Origin: Ministeria vibrans ATCC 50519
Lineage: Eukaryota > Protista > Filasterea
Direction: 5' to 3'
DNA: 64,000 nt
Assembly: GCA_943704425.1 (NCBI GenBank)
Contig: CALSCP010001139.1
Coordinates: 1 to 64,000 of the forward strand
Part shown: piece after piece, positions 32,375-43,623 of the stretch
Layout of the letters: each line of letters opens with the position of its first letter
How positions within the stretch are numbered: the stretch's first letter is position 1
Program-made: the position numbers and the translations under genes
The notes under the pieces: generated by a model
What the model was told of the DNA's origin: nothing
What the model saw: only the letters and a program-made list of their open reading frames with translations
Databases searched by the model: none

Positions 32375-33968
32375 ATGGAGACACCCAATGGACCAGCACC
32401 TGTTCCGATTGCCAAGGGATCGTCGGAGCAGCTTGTGGTGGTCAAGAGTCCGTCAGGGACGGCAGCCGACCATCAGATTGCCTGTTCGCCGACGTGGAAC
32501 GTTCGACAGCTGAAGGAGCGGCTCGAGAACGAGTATCCCGGGTCGCCTAGCGCCCGTGCACAGCGGCTTATCCATGCCGGCAAGCTGCTGGACGACCGGC
32601 AGCTCCTGAGCGACGCGCTTCGCCATTCGACCACAGTCCACTTGGTCGTGCGAACGCCTGACCCCGACACACGCCGCACAGCGGGCTTACCGCGCCCCGT
32701 GCAGCGTCGCCCCGATCCCGCCGCCACTGCCGAGAGTGTCGCTGCCGTGGTGGCGGCAGACGCACCCTCGTTGAGCCGTGTCCCGCAGACCGCTCCACGT
32801 AAGTTCGTTTTGGCTGCGTCTCGCAAAAATTCCCCCGCTTTCCCTGACTCTCCCACTGCCAGCGCCCCAAACCTGCTCAAACGGAACATTCACCGTGCGG
32901 CGGGTACGATACGCCGGCGGCCTTGCCGTTTTGTCTTGTGCAGCTGCCAATCGAGAGTGTCATACTTTTTCTTTCCTTCTTTTTTTTTTTTTCTTTCTTC
33001 TTTTTTCTCTGACTCGTTTTTGGTTGTTTCTGTCTTGCCACACAGCAGCAGCAGCAGCAGCACGACCCACCGCTCCAACGACCCCCGCGATGGCGGCACC
33101 ACGCTCGCCGATGTCAGCGGGACACTATTCGCAGTACACTCAGTGGGGCTATCAGGCGCAGCAGCCACCGCCCGGCTACCGCTTTGCCGTCATCAATGGG
33201 GTCACGTATGCCGTTCCCATTCGCACACCCGAAACACCCACGACGGCGTCGCTTGTGCAAGGCGCAGCAGCAGCAACTGGAGCGGGGAATGCCGAAGGTG
33301 CAGAGCCAGCAGAAGCAGTGGCAGCACCCGTTGCCGGTGCGGCAGCGGATGTAGCACACAATAACAATAACAACAACAACAACCATGGGGCGGCAATGGC
33401 CGTGGCAAGGGAGCCTCGTGAGAGCCAATGGCGCATTCTGGTGAAACTGGTTTTGCTCGTGTGGATTCTGTCGCCAGGTGCCTCCGCTCAACGACTCGCC
33501 ATAATGATCATTGGAGCATTTGTGGCCTTTCTGTACGCAATCCACACTTTGCCTTGTTGGAATGTCTAATTTTTTTTTTTACATATTCTTTTGTTTGTTT
33601 TCTTCTTGTTTGACAGGTGGCAAACGGGACGATTAGAGTGGACGCCGAGTCCGGCTGGTGCTCCTGTGGAACGAGCAGGTGGCGGCGAGGGAGCGAGAAG
33701 AGGAGAGGAAGAGGGAGGAGGAGAGGGAGAAGGGAGTGACGCGGAGTATGTGACGACGGACGACGAACAGGGCGCAGAGGAAGGAGCTGCAGCGGAGGCA
33801 GCGACGAGCGTGCGACGCAGACGCAGACGCACCGCAGAAGGGGAAAGGGAAGGGGAAGGGCGACCGGTCGGGGCTGCGGCAACCGCTCTGGCGTGGTATG
33901 TGTCGCTTATCGACATGCTCCATCTCTTCGTTGTGTCACTCCTGCCCACCCGTCCCGCACACGCTTAG
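32375..33968 (+). CDS. HERP-like ER membrane ubiquitin-like protein, about 3 exons
   Basis: N-terminal UBL (WNVRQLK..YPGSP..QRLIHAGKLL..VHLV); hydrophobic hairpin LVKLVLLVWIL..AFLWQTG; C-terminal FVVSLLP as in the HERPUD family. Confidence 0.8.
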
Positions 33969-34123
33969 CCCTAACCCTAATATTTCGTCTTTTTTTTCTC
34001 TCTTTCCTCTTTACACTCTCACGCACACAGTTGCTCTCCCCTCTCTGTCTCTCTTTTTGTTCTCTCTCTTATACATAAACGAAAGCTGCTTGTGATTCTT
34101 TTCTACGTTTTTCGTGTTGCGGT

Positions 34124-34923
34124 TTACTCTACAAGGACACCCGGCGATGCCTTTGGGCCTTTGCCCTTGCCCTCGACAGCCTTGGGCGCTGCACTCGTAG
34201 CCTTCTGTCGCTGCATCTCGCTCATCTCTTGCCCAGACACCATTCGCAGGTTGTACTTCTTCGTCAGTGCGTTGATTTCGTCGCCCTTGGCCACCAGATC
34301 CTCCTTCAGCAGCTCCGTCTCCCCGTCAATCTACGAGAGAGAGAGAGAATGGAAGCACAAGACACACGTCGAATGGGATCTTGTTGTACCTTCTTGACGG
34401 CCGCCTGCAGCATCGGTAATACCTCGCCGACTTTTCGCTTGACAAGGACGCATCCCTCCATGCGGTAGCACGTCCTGTCGGGGCTCGTCTTTTCGAGTGT
34501 GTTGATCACGACACTGCACAAAACGAATGAGTGGTGCAAAAAGTGCTAATGTCAACCACACGGCGCAATTCAAAGACATGCGGCGATGAAAAAACACGTA
34601 GACGTGTGAAACATTGACGTGTGCGTATCCATGCGGTGGAGGCGTGCAAAACCAAGATGCGTTGCCGATGTGTCGTTGGAAAAAGAGAAGAAAAAAGTCA
34701 AATCGCATCAACGACCGTAAAATGCGCGCAAAACAACCCGGCAGACGCAGGGAGGGTGTCAAGGTGTACGCAAGGAGAGACATGCAGGGGTGGTTTCCTA
34801 CGTGAATTCGTGTTTCTCCTGGTCTTTTTGACCCATCATTTGAGCGCACTGCTGCTGCTGTTCACGCAGCGCCTGGAACTTTTTGACTGCGGCCGTAGCC
34901 TCGGGGGACGCACCAGAGGCCAT
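34124..34923 (-). CDS. PFDN2: Prefoldin subunit 2, 3 exons
   Basis: FQALREQQ..EKHEFT|VVINTLE..DRTCYRMEGCVLVKRKVGEVLP..|..KGDEINAL..KYNL..GVLVE*. Confidence 0.88.
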
Positions 34924-35092
34924 ACTGAGATGTACGTTAGAAAATGAGATCTAAATTAATAAAATAAGACACTCGGACTGTCGGACAAATCGCAAAACTG
35001 ACAAAAGTTACACACGTTCAGATATTTGGTAACGGTAAAAGAGACAAAGTATGTATAAGGGAGAAGAAAGCGGCCACAGCCTCGCAGCATGA

Positions 35093-35642
35093 TCAATGCC
35101 ACAGTTGAAGGTCGTCGTTCATACCGGGAGGGGGCCCACAAATAAAGCCTTTGCGCTTGGTGAACAGCTCAACTTTTTGGGCGAATTCCTGGGCGCAAAT
35201 GGGCTTCGTGGGCTGCAACGAATAGCGGAGAGGCGTCTCTTCCACCAGGACGAGCGAATCGTCGCCCAGTGGCTCGCCTGCCTCAAAGCGACGGCACACC
35301 GGGCTGCCTGAAGCGACAAAAGAAGTGAGTAGGGCAGAAGGAAGGGTCGAGAGAGCGCTTGCCGTGAGGGAGAAGCGTTTCGGCGCTCAAGAAGTCGCGC
35401 AACAGCTGCATGGAGGGCCGGTAGAACAAGACGCCATTGGGGTAGGTGTAGGGGCCTGGTTCTAAGGGTGTTATCATCTCGTTGCCGTGCCAATCAATGT
35501 ACTCAAAGGGCGGAGGCAGGCGTTCGTCGATGTGGATAGGAACCAGAGGGTTACGGGCGGCGCGAAAGCGCACGTAGGGCACCGCCTGGGGCCGGAACAT
35601 GACGTGCGGGAAGAAGTTGAACCTTCGCATCGCACCCGCCAT
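35093..35642 (-). CDS. Small protein resembling the Tse2-like ADP-ribosyltransferase fold; 2 exons with a probable GC-AG intron (about 35362-35309)
   Basis: FPHVMFR, YTYPNG..RP and GEPL.DD.LVLVEE...YSLQP..I...F recall the eukaryotic ADPRTs_Tse2 pattern. The two ORFs join in frame only via cacg|gcaagc...ttcag|gc. Confidence 0.6.
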
Positions 35643-35860
35643 AGTAGAGAGGGGAGGACGCAGAAAAGTTTGTGAATCTGAATCATTATTTGATTATTAC
35701 TATTGTTATTACAATAATACTTATTTTATTTCCATTTTAATTGCACACTAATTATTTGTTGTTAGCCATTCCTTGTATAACAGACTCGTACAAAATACAA
35801 TAGTTATTATAGACAAAAGTCGAAAATAAAACCTATAAATTCAACAATGAGTCATTTCTT

Positions 35861-36442
35861 TCACTTCTTCTTTGTGTACAATGCAACGGCGACTACAGCA
35901 ATAGCCGCAGCAGCCACAAAGAACAAGGTGGTCGCCGTCGACGATGGCGAAGAAGAAGAAGCAGCAGAGGGAGCAGGAGGAGAAGCAGCAGAGACAGTGG
36001 GTTTGTGAGGAAGCGGGGCGGTAGTGGCAGTGGGCTTGGGGGCAGTCGGGACGGTCCTCCTGGGCTCTTGCACAGACACATTGGGTGTAGTCACTTCCTC
36101 TTCATCTTCCCACTCATCATCGCTCTCTCCACTCTGATCCTCCTCCACCTGATCGTATTCCTCCTCCGCTTGATCGTCCTCATCCGCCACTTGATCGTGC
36201 TCCTCCTCCACTTGATCATGCTCCTCCTCCTCTTCCTCCTCTTTCTCCTCCTCTCCCCCCACTGTCTGACGTGCCAGCTTCGCCACTGTCTGGAAGCAGA
36301 ACCGCATCTGCACACACGACTGAACCACTAAAATAACAACACGCACAATAGCAATAGTCAGCGAGAAAAGGAGAGTTAGAGAGTTTAGAGGATAGATAGA
36401 GAAGTGATAGCAAAACAAAAGTGGTAGAGAAGACAGACAAAT

Positions 36443-36484
<42 letters not shown>

Positions 36485-37595
36485 AATGAAAGTGGGTGTA
36501 TATAGATGTGTAAAAGAAAGAGATAAAAAATAACAAAGACAAAACAAAAATGAGAAACAAGAGACGTACTGTTCGCGCGTTGCAGTCGGAGGGTATGGAC
36601 TATCTGTGGCAGAGAGACCACTTGTTCGTACTGGCCCGCCCGCAACAGTGCCCGGCACACGTCCACGCACACAAACGTGCCCGTTCGTCCAATACCCGCA
36701 CTAATCAGAAAACACGCACACACACACACACACGCAAATTTAATGCGTCTTGTTTGACGTGTTTTCGTGTGGAGGATACCTGCAATTGACAACGACTGGT
36801 TTTGACGGGTCCAAGCGCTCAACGGACTCGTTGACAGCGTCAAGGAATTGCAAAAATATGTCTGATTGGTTGGGAACACCGTGGTCGGGCCAACCAATGA
36901 AGTGGTGATGTACAATGGTGTGTTCGCGACCGTCGAGCTGCGCAGTCACCTTGCGCGCCACATGTCCATTGTACTCCTCCTCCCAGGTAGTTTCGAGCGT
37001 CAGACCCGGCGCCAGCTGGGACTCACCTTGGCCGACCGTCGGCCAGTATTTTGCACACTTGTCGCGTCCATTTTCACGCAGATTGGTCGTCATTGCGACC
37101 ACTTTGACATCGTTGTCGAGCAGCATGCGCCAAAAGTCCACCACCGTGTTTGGCATGGGCCCCTGAGCCGCAATGTACTTTCGATCGACGCTCGGCAGCG
37201 TCACATGACTCGCGTTGATGTAGTCGCTCGGCCGATGGTCCGTCGTGGGCAGCACGACACGCGTTGCGTCAACTGCAAGAGAATGAGAAAAGAGGCATCA
37301 GGAGAAGAAAAAAAAAAAGAAAAAAAAGATGTGAAGGGGATGAGTTCGTGACGAACGTTGGACGATGGCTTCCATTGCGATGCATACATGGAATAACGTC
37401 GGAGTAGCGGTTCATGGAGCTGTTGGCGCGGCTAAGGCCCGCTCGCTTGGGGTATTTTTCGGACGCCAGGCGTGCACGAGCAATGGAGCGCTGGAAGAAA
37501 TCATCCCACGACTGACTGTTGTCCAATTTGGCCGAGAACCCCTCGAGGTTCTGGGCACACATGTCGGCCGTCATTTGGTGGTTCGGATGTGGCAT
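35861..37595 (-). CDS. Classical non-receptor protein tyrosine phosphatase with C-terminal TM anchor, 4 exons
   Basis: NRYSDV, DYINAS, YIAAQGP, DFWRM, KCAKYWP, WPDHGVP, spliced VNCSAGIGRTG and MVQS; acidic linker; hydrophobic tail followed by KKK. Confidence 0.92.
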
Positions 37596-37859
37596 TGAAG
37601 GATAACTTAAAAAGTAAAAGTGTGTGTGAGTGTGTGTGAGAATCAAGTTCAGCGTGAATAAAGTTCACTATTAATTTTTTTTTCGAAGAGTTATCGGGAG
37701 GTAGTGTCAAATAAAAATCTGAATAAATCACCATTCTTGTTCCTGATGTACTTTTGCTTATTGTTGTTCATTGTTCTACGCTCTTTTAGATTGATCGCTC
37801 TATATCTCTCCTCTCTTTCTCCTTTCTCTCTCTCCTCTCTTTCTCCTTTCTCTCTCTCC

Positions 37860-38636
37860 TCAAGATCGAGTCTTGTGAGCCTGCTCGCGCTTGAGTTCCG
37901 CCTCGTGACGCTCCTTGTCATCGAGGAGGCGTGCAAGCATGTCGTAGTCGGCGCGGAGTTGCTCGAGACGCAAACGGAGCTGCTGGTTCTCGCGCTCCAG
38001 TTCGTCGGCGTGGCGGTCCTTGGCCTCCTGCAGCGCACGCTTCTTCTCGCGGCACTTCTCGGCGGCAATCTTGTTACGGTCACGCTTGTCGCGCTGCTGT
38101 TCTTCGCTGAGCTCGCAAATGCGGGGCTTCTTCTTGCGCACGCGACCCGGCTTGCTCACGCGGTTGGCGGTAGCACGACGCGCCGGGGTGGTGGCAGTGG
38201 CGACTGTGCTCTCGGAGATGCCACGCGCACGCACACGCAGAGGAAGTGCAGCACCACCGAGCATTGCCTCGTACTCGAGCGTGTCTGGCAGGGCGCCACC
38301 GGAAAATGGAGAGATCGCTCCGCTCGATGTGGTCGAATCCATGTCCAGGTCAACAAAGTCGAGCATGTCAACGTCGTCGTCATCGTCGTTGGCAGCGCCG
38401 TCGTCGTTGTCGGTATTGCTATAGTGGTCATGTTGGGGAGAAGCTGCGGCAGTGGAAGGTGCCGTGAGACGGCACGACGCCTCAAGTGTGTTCAGTACGG
38501 CGACTTCCTTTGCAAAATCGGTGGTTGTCGTCGTTGAGGGAGTCATAGGAGAGGAAAGCAGATCAAGCAGGTCTGCCGTCTCGAGTTGCAGGCTGAAGCT
38601 GTCGGGCACAATGTGCAGATCCTCGGGCTGGCTCAT
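37860..38636 (-). CDS. bZIP transcription factor (Fos/ATF3-like basic region)
   Basis: KRDRNKIAAEKCREKKR followed by a Leu heptad zipper; acidic N-terminal region. Confidence 0.88.
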   Translation of the reverse strand: MSQPEDLHIVPDSFSLQLETADLLDLLSSPMTPSTTTTTDFAKEVAVLNTLEASCRLTAPSTAAASPQHDHYSNTDNDDGAANDDDDDVDMLDFVDLDMDSTTSSGAISPFSGGALPDTLEYEAMLGGAALPLRVRARGISESTVATATTPARRATANRVSKPGRVRKKKPRICELSEEQQRDKRDRNKIAAEKCREKKRALQEAKDRHADELERENQQLRLRLEQLRADYDMLARLLDDKERHEAELKREQAHKTRS

Positions 38637-38861
38637 GATGATGATGGTGGTGATTGAATGTTACTGTTGTTACTCGCGTGCGCTAGGCAACAAAGGGTGG
38701 CTCGTGCTTGTAGCGAAGTAGGGCCAGTAGATGATGACGTGTGTCGTCGACGCGGTTCTGGAAGGTGTAGCGCGGTTCGCTTGTACAGGTAGTGGTGTAC
38801 TCAAACGAATGGAATGTGGTGTAAGTTGTAGCTATAAATTCATATCGTTGCTTTGTGCTAC

Positions 38862-38892
<31 letters not shown>

Positions 38893-39712
38893 ACAAAAAA
38901 GGATGAGTATAACTACAAAAATAGATTGACAACGGTTGAGCAAAGACGGACGCGAAAAAAAAACGATAGTAAAATGATGCGCGATTGAAAGATCGTACAG
39001 GTAGTGATGGAGGGGGGGCGAATGGAACAGACGGAATATCAAAACAGCGTCGCGTTCGGGCCGGAAATCAAGAGGAAAGGTTTTTTTTTTGAAGCACGTG
39101 AATATTGAAATGCGACTCGACTTCGAGGAGACGAGTCGATTGAGTCGATGAATAAAGGCAGGGAAGATGCAAGGGCGGTAAATCGAGGTAGACTGATGGT
39201 GTAATTTGGATAGTTTGAGGGGTTGCGCAACTTTTTTTTTTTTCTCGGGTCGAGGAAGTGTTATGGAATGACATCAAAGTGGATTTACCTCGCCATGGCG
39301 CACGGCCTAGTCTGTGGTGTGAAGTCTCAGGTACTAAGAGGAGGATACTCCGCTCACTGCATCATGGAAACACACAAACGCAACAGAGGATGGGAAGAAT
39401 CACAGGCGGGAAATCGGCGGTCGCTTGATCGATGAAGCGCCGCTCTAGGGACCGGTCCTCCGCGGACGAGTCAGGTAGAGAAGGATAGAGTAGTTTATGG
39501 TCGAGTGAAGCAGATGGACTCTTCAAGAGTTGAAGAAGAGACCAAAAGGAAGTTGAAAAAAAAGTGTTTTATTAATTTATAATTTTTTGTCGAAACAAAC
39601 ACAAATCAAGATCAAAATCAAGTGAAAATCAAAAAGAAGATGTTAAAAGAACAAAAGGTTGCATCACGTGTACAGTTGTATTGGAGTGGAGTTACAGTGG
39701 AGGGGGGATAAG

Positions 39713-41455
39713 TTAGAAGAGAAAGTAGTAGGCGTCCCAACAGGCACGACCGGCCTTGTCGAACACATAGACGTTGCAGACACGAATGCAATGCTCGGCC
39801 TCACACAGCACATGGTACGTCATGTGCAACCCAGTATCGTCGGTGCGCTGCGAGACGGGGCGGGCGCCACGCGACTCGAGGCCCGTTGAGATGTCCAGGT
39901 CGAGCGCATGGCCGGCACGGAGACGCGGCCCGTCGTTCCATCGTGTGTGCAGGAACGAGGCACATTCCCACAGAGTTGGTTCGCGACGATGGACAGCGTC
40001 GTTGAAGAGAAGACACGAGACGGCGTCGCAAAAGATGAACTGGTCCAGCGCTTGCTTGCGTGCCGACAGGTGCGGATGGACACCAGCTTCCTCAAGGTCC
40101 TCGTCGCTGATCTCGCGCAAGTCACTGACACTCAGTGACACACAATGGCGCTCGACTGCCGGCGACACAACTGTGGGTGGTAATGCAAGAGTGGTTGAGC
40201 CGGGAGTGGCAAGGGACCAACATCTCGGACGGAATCCCTGGCGCTCCGTCCACTTCTCCGTGCCGTCCATGAGCGACCCGAGAGTCGCGTGCCACTGTAC
40301 TGTCTCTGTGTTGGTCTTGCCGCGCAGGCACCACACACGTCGGTTGTCGCCAAACCGTCTTTCACGTGTCTCCGTCACTTCCATGTACAGTGGCGCATCG
40401 GGCAACAACGGTCGCACAAGTCGCACACGGTCCAGCTTCTCGACGACCATTTTGTCGCTTGCGTACGAGCCCTGAACAGCCAAGAGAGGGGAAGAGAGAG
40501 AGAGAGAGAGACAATAATTATTAGTTGATTGTTTACAAAAAAAAACCAAATGTGCAGGCTCGAATGAGAGACACCATCAACAATCTCGCAAACAGTCAAC
40601 TACAGGTGTGTAGCCACCATGGCAAATACGTCGCAAAACGACACATTTAAAGGAGCACTACGTCCCACAGCGGATCTTGGTGTGTTTGTGGGATGATTTT
40701 ATATGCCGTGCGTGAGATATAGGGAAATCTGAGAGAAGCAGAGTCTCGCAACACATCTGAACTCGTACAATCATGTCGGACCCACGATTTGCTGAGTTGA
40801 CGAGGGCATTTTATAGCGCACAGTAAGCAAACGTGTTTCAAGTCAAAAGCTTTTTTTTTCAAATTTCGCGGCAAATTGTGAGTTCAACTTGACGCGAGAG
40901 GTTGGTGGCGCCATTTTCTCGCCTGTGTCACTTGTACAAGTGGTACAAGTGATTTAGGCATGTTCACGGAGCAAAAAAGTACGCAGGTGACAAGATTGCG
41001 AAAAGTGATCACACGACAACGGAAAATGTGACTGCGGCTCCTGCAAAGACGGGCCCTTCTCATGGCCTCTGCACTGCACAATACACTACAACATGGTGTG
41101 TCGCACACGATTCTGCGCAAGTACCGCGCAGTGCAAGTCCGCTTGATGGCCCATGACGAGTTCGTCTATTTTTTTTTTTTCGCAAGTGCGAAGATTGTGG
41201 GCAATCGTATAATTGAACATTGTGGGCAGTTACCCAGAACGATCGACAAAAGGGATTGCAATGCACGGCGCAGGCCAAACGCGTGTCACCCCAACTGCCC
41301 TCTCAACCTCTTACCCTAGGCTTGAACTGATGCAAGTACTTTTCGTCCAGGACGAAGAGACGTTTTCTCTTGGTGTTGATGTCGGTCAAAATTCCCTCAA
41401 TGAGAGTCTTGGGAACTTCGTCAACAAGTAGCTTAGATTTGCTTCTACTCGACAT
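39713..41455 (-). CDS. PH-domain protein, probably 2 exons (intron about 41314-40474)
   Basis: Exon 1 MSSRSK..LIEGILTDINTKRKRLFVLDEKYLHQFKPR|gtaag joins in phase 0 to GSYASDK..WCLRGKTNTETVQWHATL, giving a complete PH-like pattern. Confidence 0.65.
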
Positions 41456-41587
41456 AATGGCGAAGTTGACTGTTGATAAAAAAAAAAATGAAAAATGAAA
41501 AATGAATGAAAATTAATCATCGACTCAGGTCTCCTTGGCTTCTGCCCAGAGTGACGGTGACCAGACTTTTTAGCGTTCCACTGCTGC

Positions 41588-42297
41588 ATGCTGCGTGTGT
41601 GTAGAATAGACGTATTCAGATGTCTTCTTGCGAGACAAGCTGTTAGATCATACGTACGATTGAAAGAAACATAATGTGTCATCTTACACATGCATTTGTA
41701 GGTGAGTGTCGCGGGTAGCTTCAAAGGCACTATTCCCGAAGGTACATTCACCCTGGACGCATCCCGGGTCCCTCTCATATGCTTGCTTTGTGCAGATAAA
41801 CTTAATATCGCGTTCTCGCGAAGCTCTGGACCCGGCGGCCAAAATGTGAACAAAGGTTTGAAGGCAGTGCCATTGCTATTCGCTGCTGACTCGCATGTCC
41901 TCGGGAACTAGTCAACACAAAGACAACGCTTCGGCTTCACGTTGCCAGTGCAAGCTGGATCGAGCAAGAGATCAAGGAGAACCTCCTCGTACAGGTACGA
42001 CAAGAGCAGACAAGACATCCTGGTTGATCTGACAGCCGGCAAAAGGAACGGAGTCGCTTGAACAAGTCGGGGGAGCTCGTACTGTCCTCCCAAGAGCACC
42101 GCACGCAACGCGACAACCTCAACAATGTCATTGCCAAACTGCGCGATGCCCTCGACCGCGCAGCCTACGTGCCCGAAGGCCCCTCCGAGGCGAAGCAGCA
42201 GCGCGTGCAGAAACTCATTCGTGTCGAGCGCGACCGACGCAAAAACGCAAAAATGTTCCAGTCAAACAAGAAGCGCGAACGGTCACAAAGAGACTAA
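41588..42297 (+). CDS. ICT1: Mitochondrial peptidyl-tRNA hydrolase ICT1/mL62 (ArfB-like), about 5 exons
   Basis: Arg-rich presequence MLRVCR..; FSRSSGPGGQNVNKVNTK; RLNKSGELVLSSQEHRTQRDN; basic C-tail. Confidence 0.9.
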
Positions 42298-42377
42298 GTG
42301 CGGTCGAAACGAGCCGGGCCGTTGTATATCATGAACAAACAAACGAACAGAACAGAGCCATCAGAGTGTATTCATTC

Positions 42378-43367
42378 TCATTCGCTCGCGTTGCTCTTGG
42401 CCATGAACGCGTCAGTCGGCCCCATGACCTGCGCGTGCCACGCTTGCTCACCCATGCGCTCCAGCCACGCCTTCACGTTCGAGTTCGCCGCAAAGATCGG
42501 CACAAACGTCGGGTCGTTGCGCATAGGTCCCAGTTCACCTACAGCGAAAAGAAGATGAGTTGTACGAGAAATAATGCGTCTCACTTCGTACCGTAAGCAG
42601 ACAGGTCTGCAATGCTAATCTCGTCGCCAGCAATGAAGGGGCCCTTCGCCAGATTGTGCTTGTTCAGGAACTCAATCGCTTTGGTGTACTCTTCGATACC
42701 GCTCTGCGCAATTGGTGATAAAACAATTCGTTATTCGTTGATCTGGGGTTTTCGCTGTGCATACCTGGATCCGACCCGCGTCGGGAGACATGCCGAAGGC
42801 GGACGCAACGTATTGGTGGAAGAAGTAAGGAACACCCTGGTCAAAAAAAGGGGGAGGGGAGGGGGAGGAGGAGGGGAGAGAGAGAGAGAGCGAGAAACAC
42901 AATCATGAGAATTCCATTGATTTGCACGATGGCATGATTCGACTGAATGCGCCGCCTTGCAACAAAACACTCAAACAGTAGAGCTCGTACCTTTCGCGTA
43001 TGCGTGTGATGCCAATCAAGGTACTCGTCAACCTTGGCGCGCTTCTGCGCGTCCGCCGGGTACCAGTGATCGGCGACGCCCGAGTGCGCTGCGATCAGAT
43101 ACTTACAGATGGCGTGACTTTCGCCCAGACCAAATCCATTGTCATCGAGCATCGGCACCCCTCCCGCAGGGTTCAGTGCAAGGTTTGCGGGAGCCTTCTG
43201 CTCGCCCTGTTACAGTGGTCAACGGAGGCGCGCTCGTGATTGTGCGCTCTGCGTACTTTGGTCAGATCAACATCAACAAATTCCACTGCGGCCAACGCCG
43301 GATCCGCAAGACAGAGCGACCACACCATGCGCGACGGCTGGCTGAGTTTGGCATAGAGAACACGCAT
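42378..43367 (-). CDS. Glutathione S-transferase, theta class, multi-exon
   Basis: LSQPSRMV, NPAG.VP..DNGF.LGESHAICKYL, HWYPAD..RAKVDEYLDWHH, FIAGDEISIADL. Confidence 0.9.
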
Positions 43368-43623
43368 GTTCTGTGAAGATGTGTAGGAAGTTGAGACGAA
43401 AAAAAGTGATTTAATATTTGAAATAATATTATAATTATTACGTTTTCGGTAAATTTTTCCGATCGTGATTAAATCTGATCTCCTTCCTGCTTCGCCTCTA
43501 AGTCGTAACGACTTCACTCATTATCACAGATCTGAGATCATTCAATCTATCTGTTCATTCTGTTGTGACTTGTCAATCGGCAGCCACCTTTCTTTCCTGG
43601 TGTGGACGTCCAACACTATTATT

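Noticed and set aside
33969-33980. Telomere-like ccctaaccctaa after the HERP-like stop codon
   Set aside because: Two units only; not enough to distinguish from chance.
39427-39440. gatcgatgaag, similar to a 5.8S rRNA motif
   Set aside because: Flanks show no rRNA similarity.
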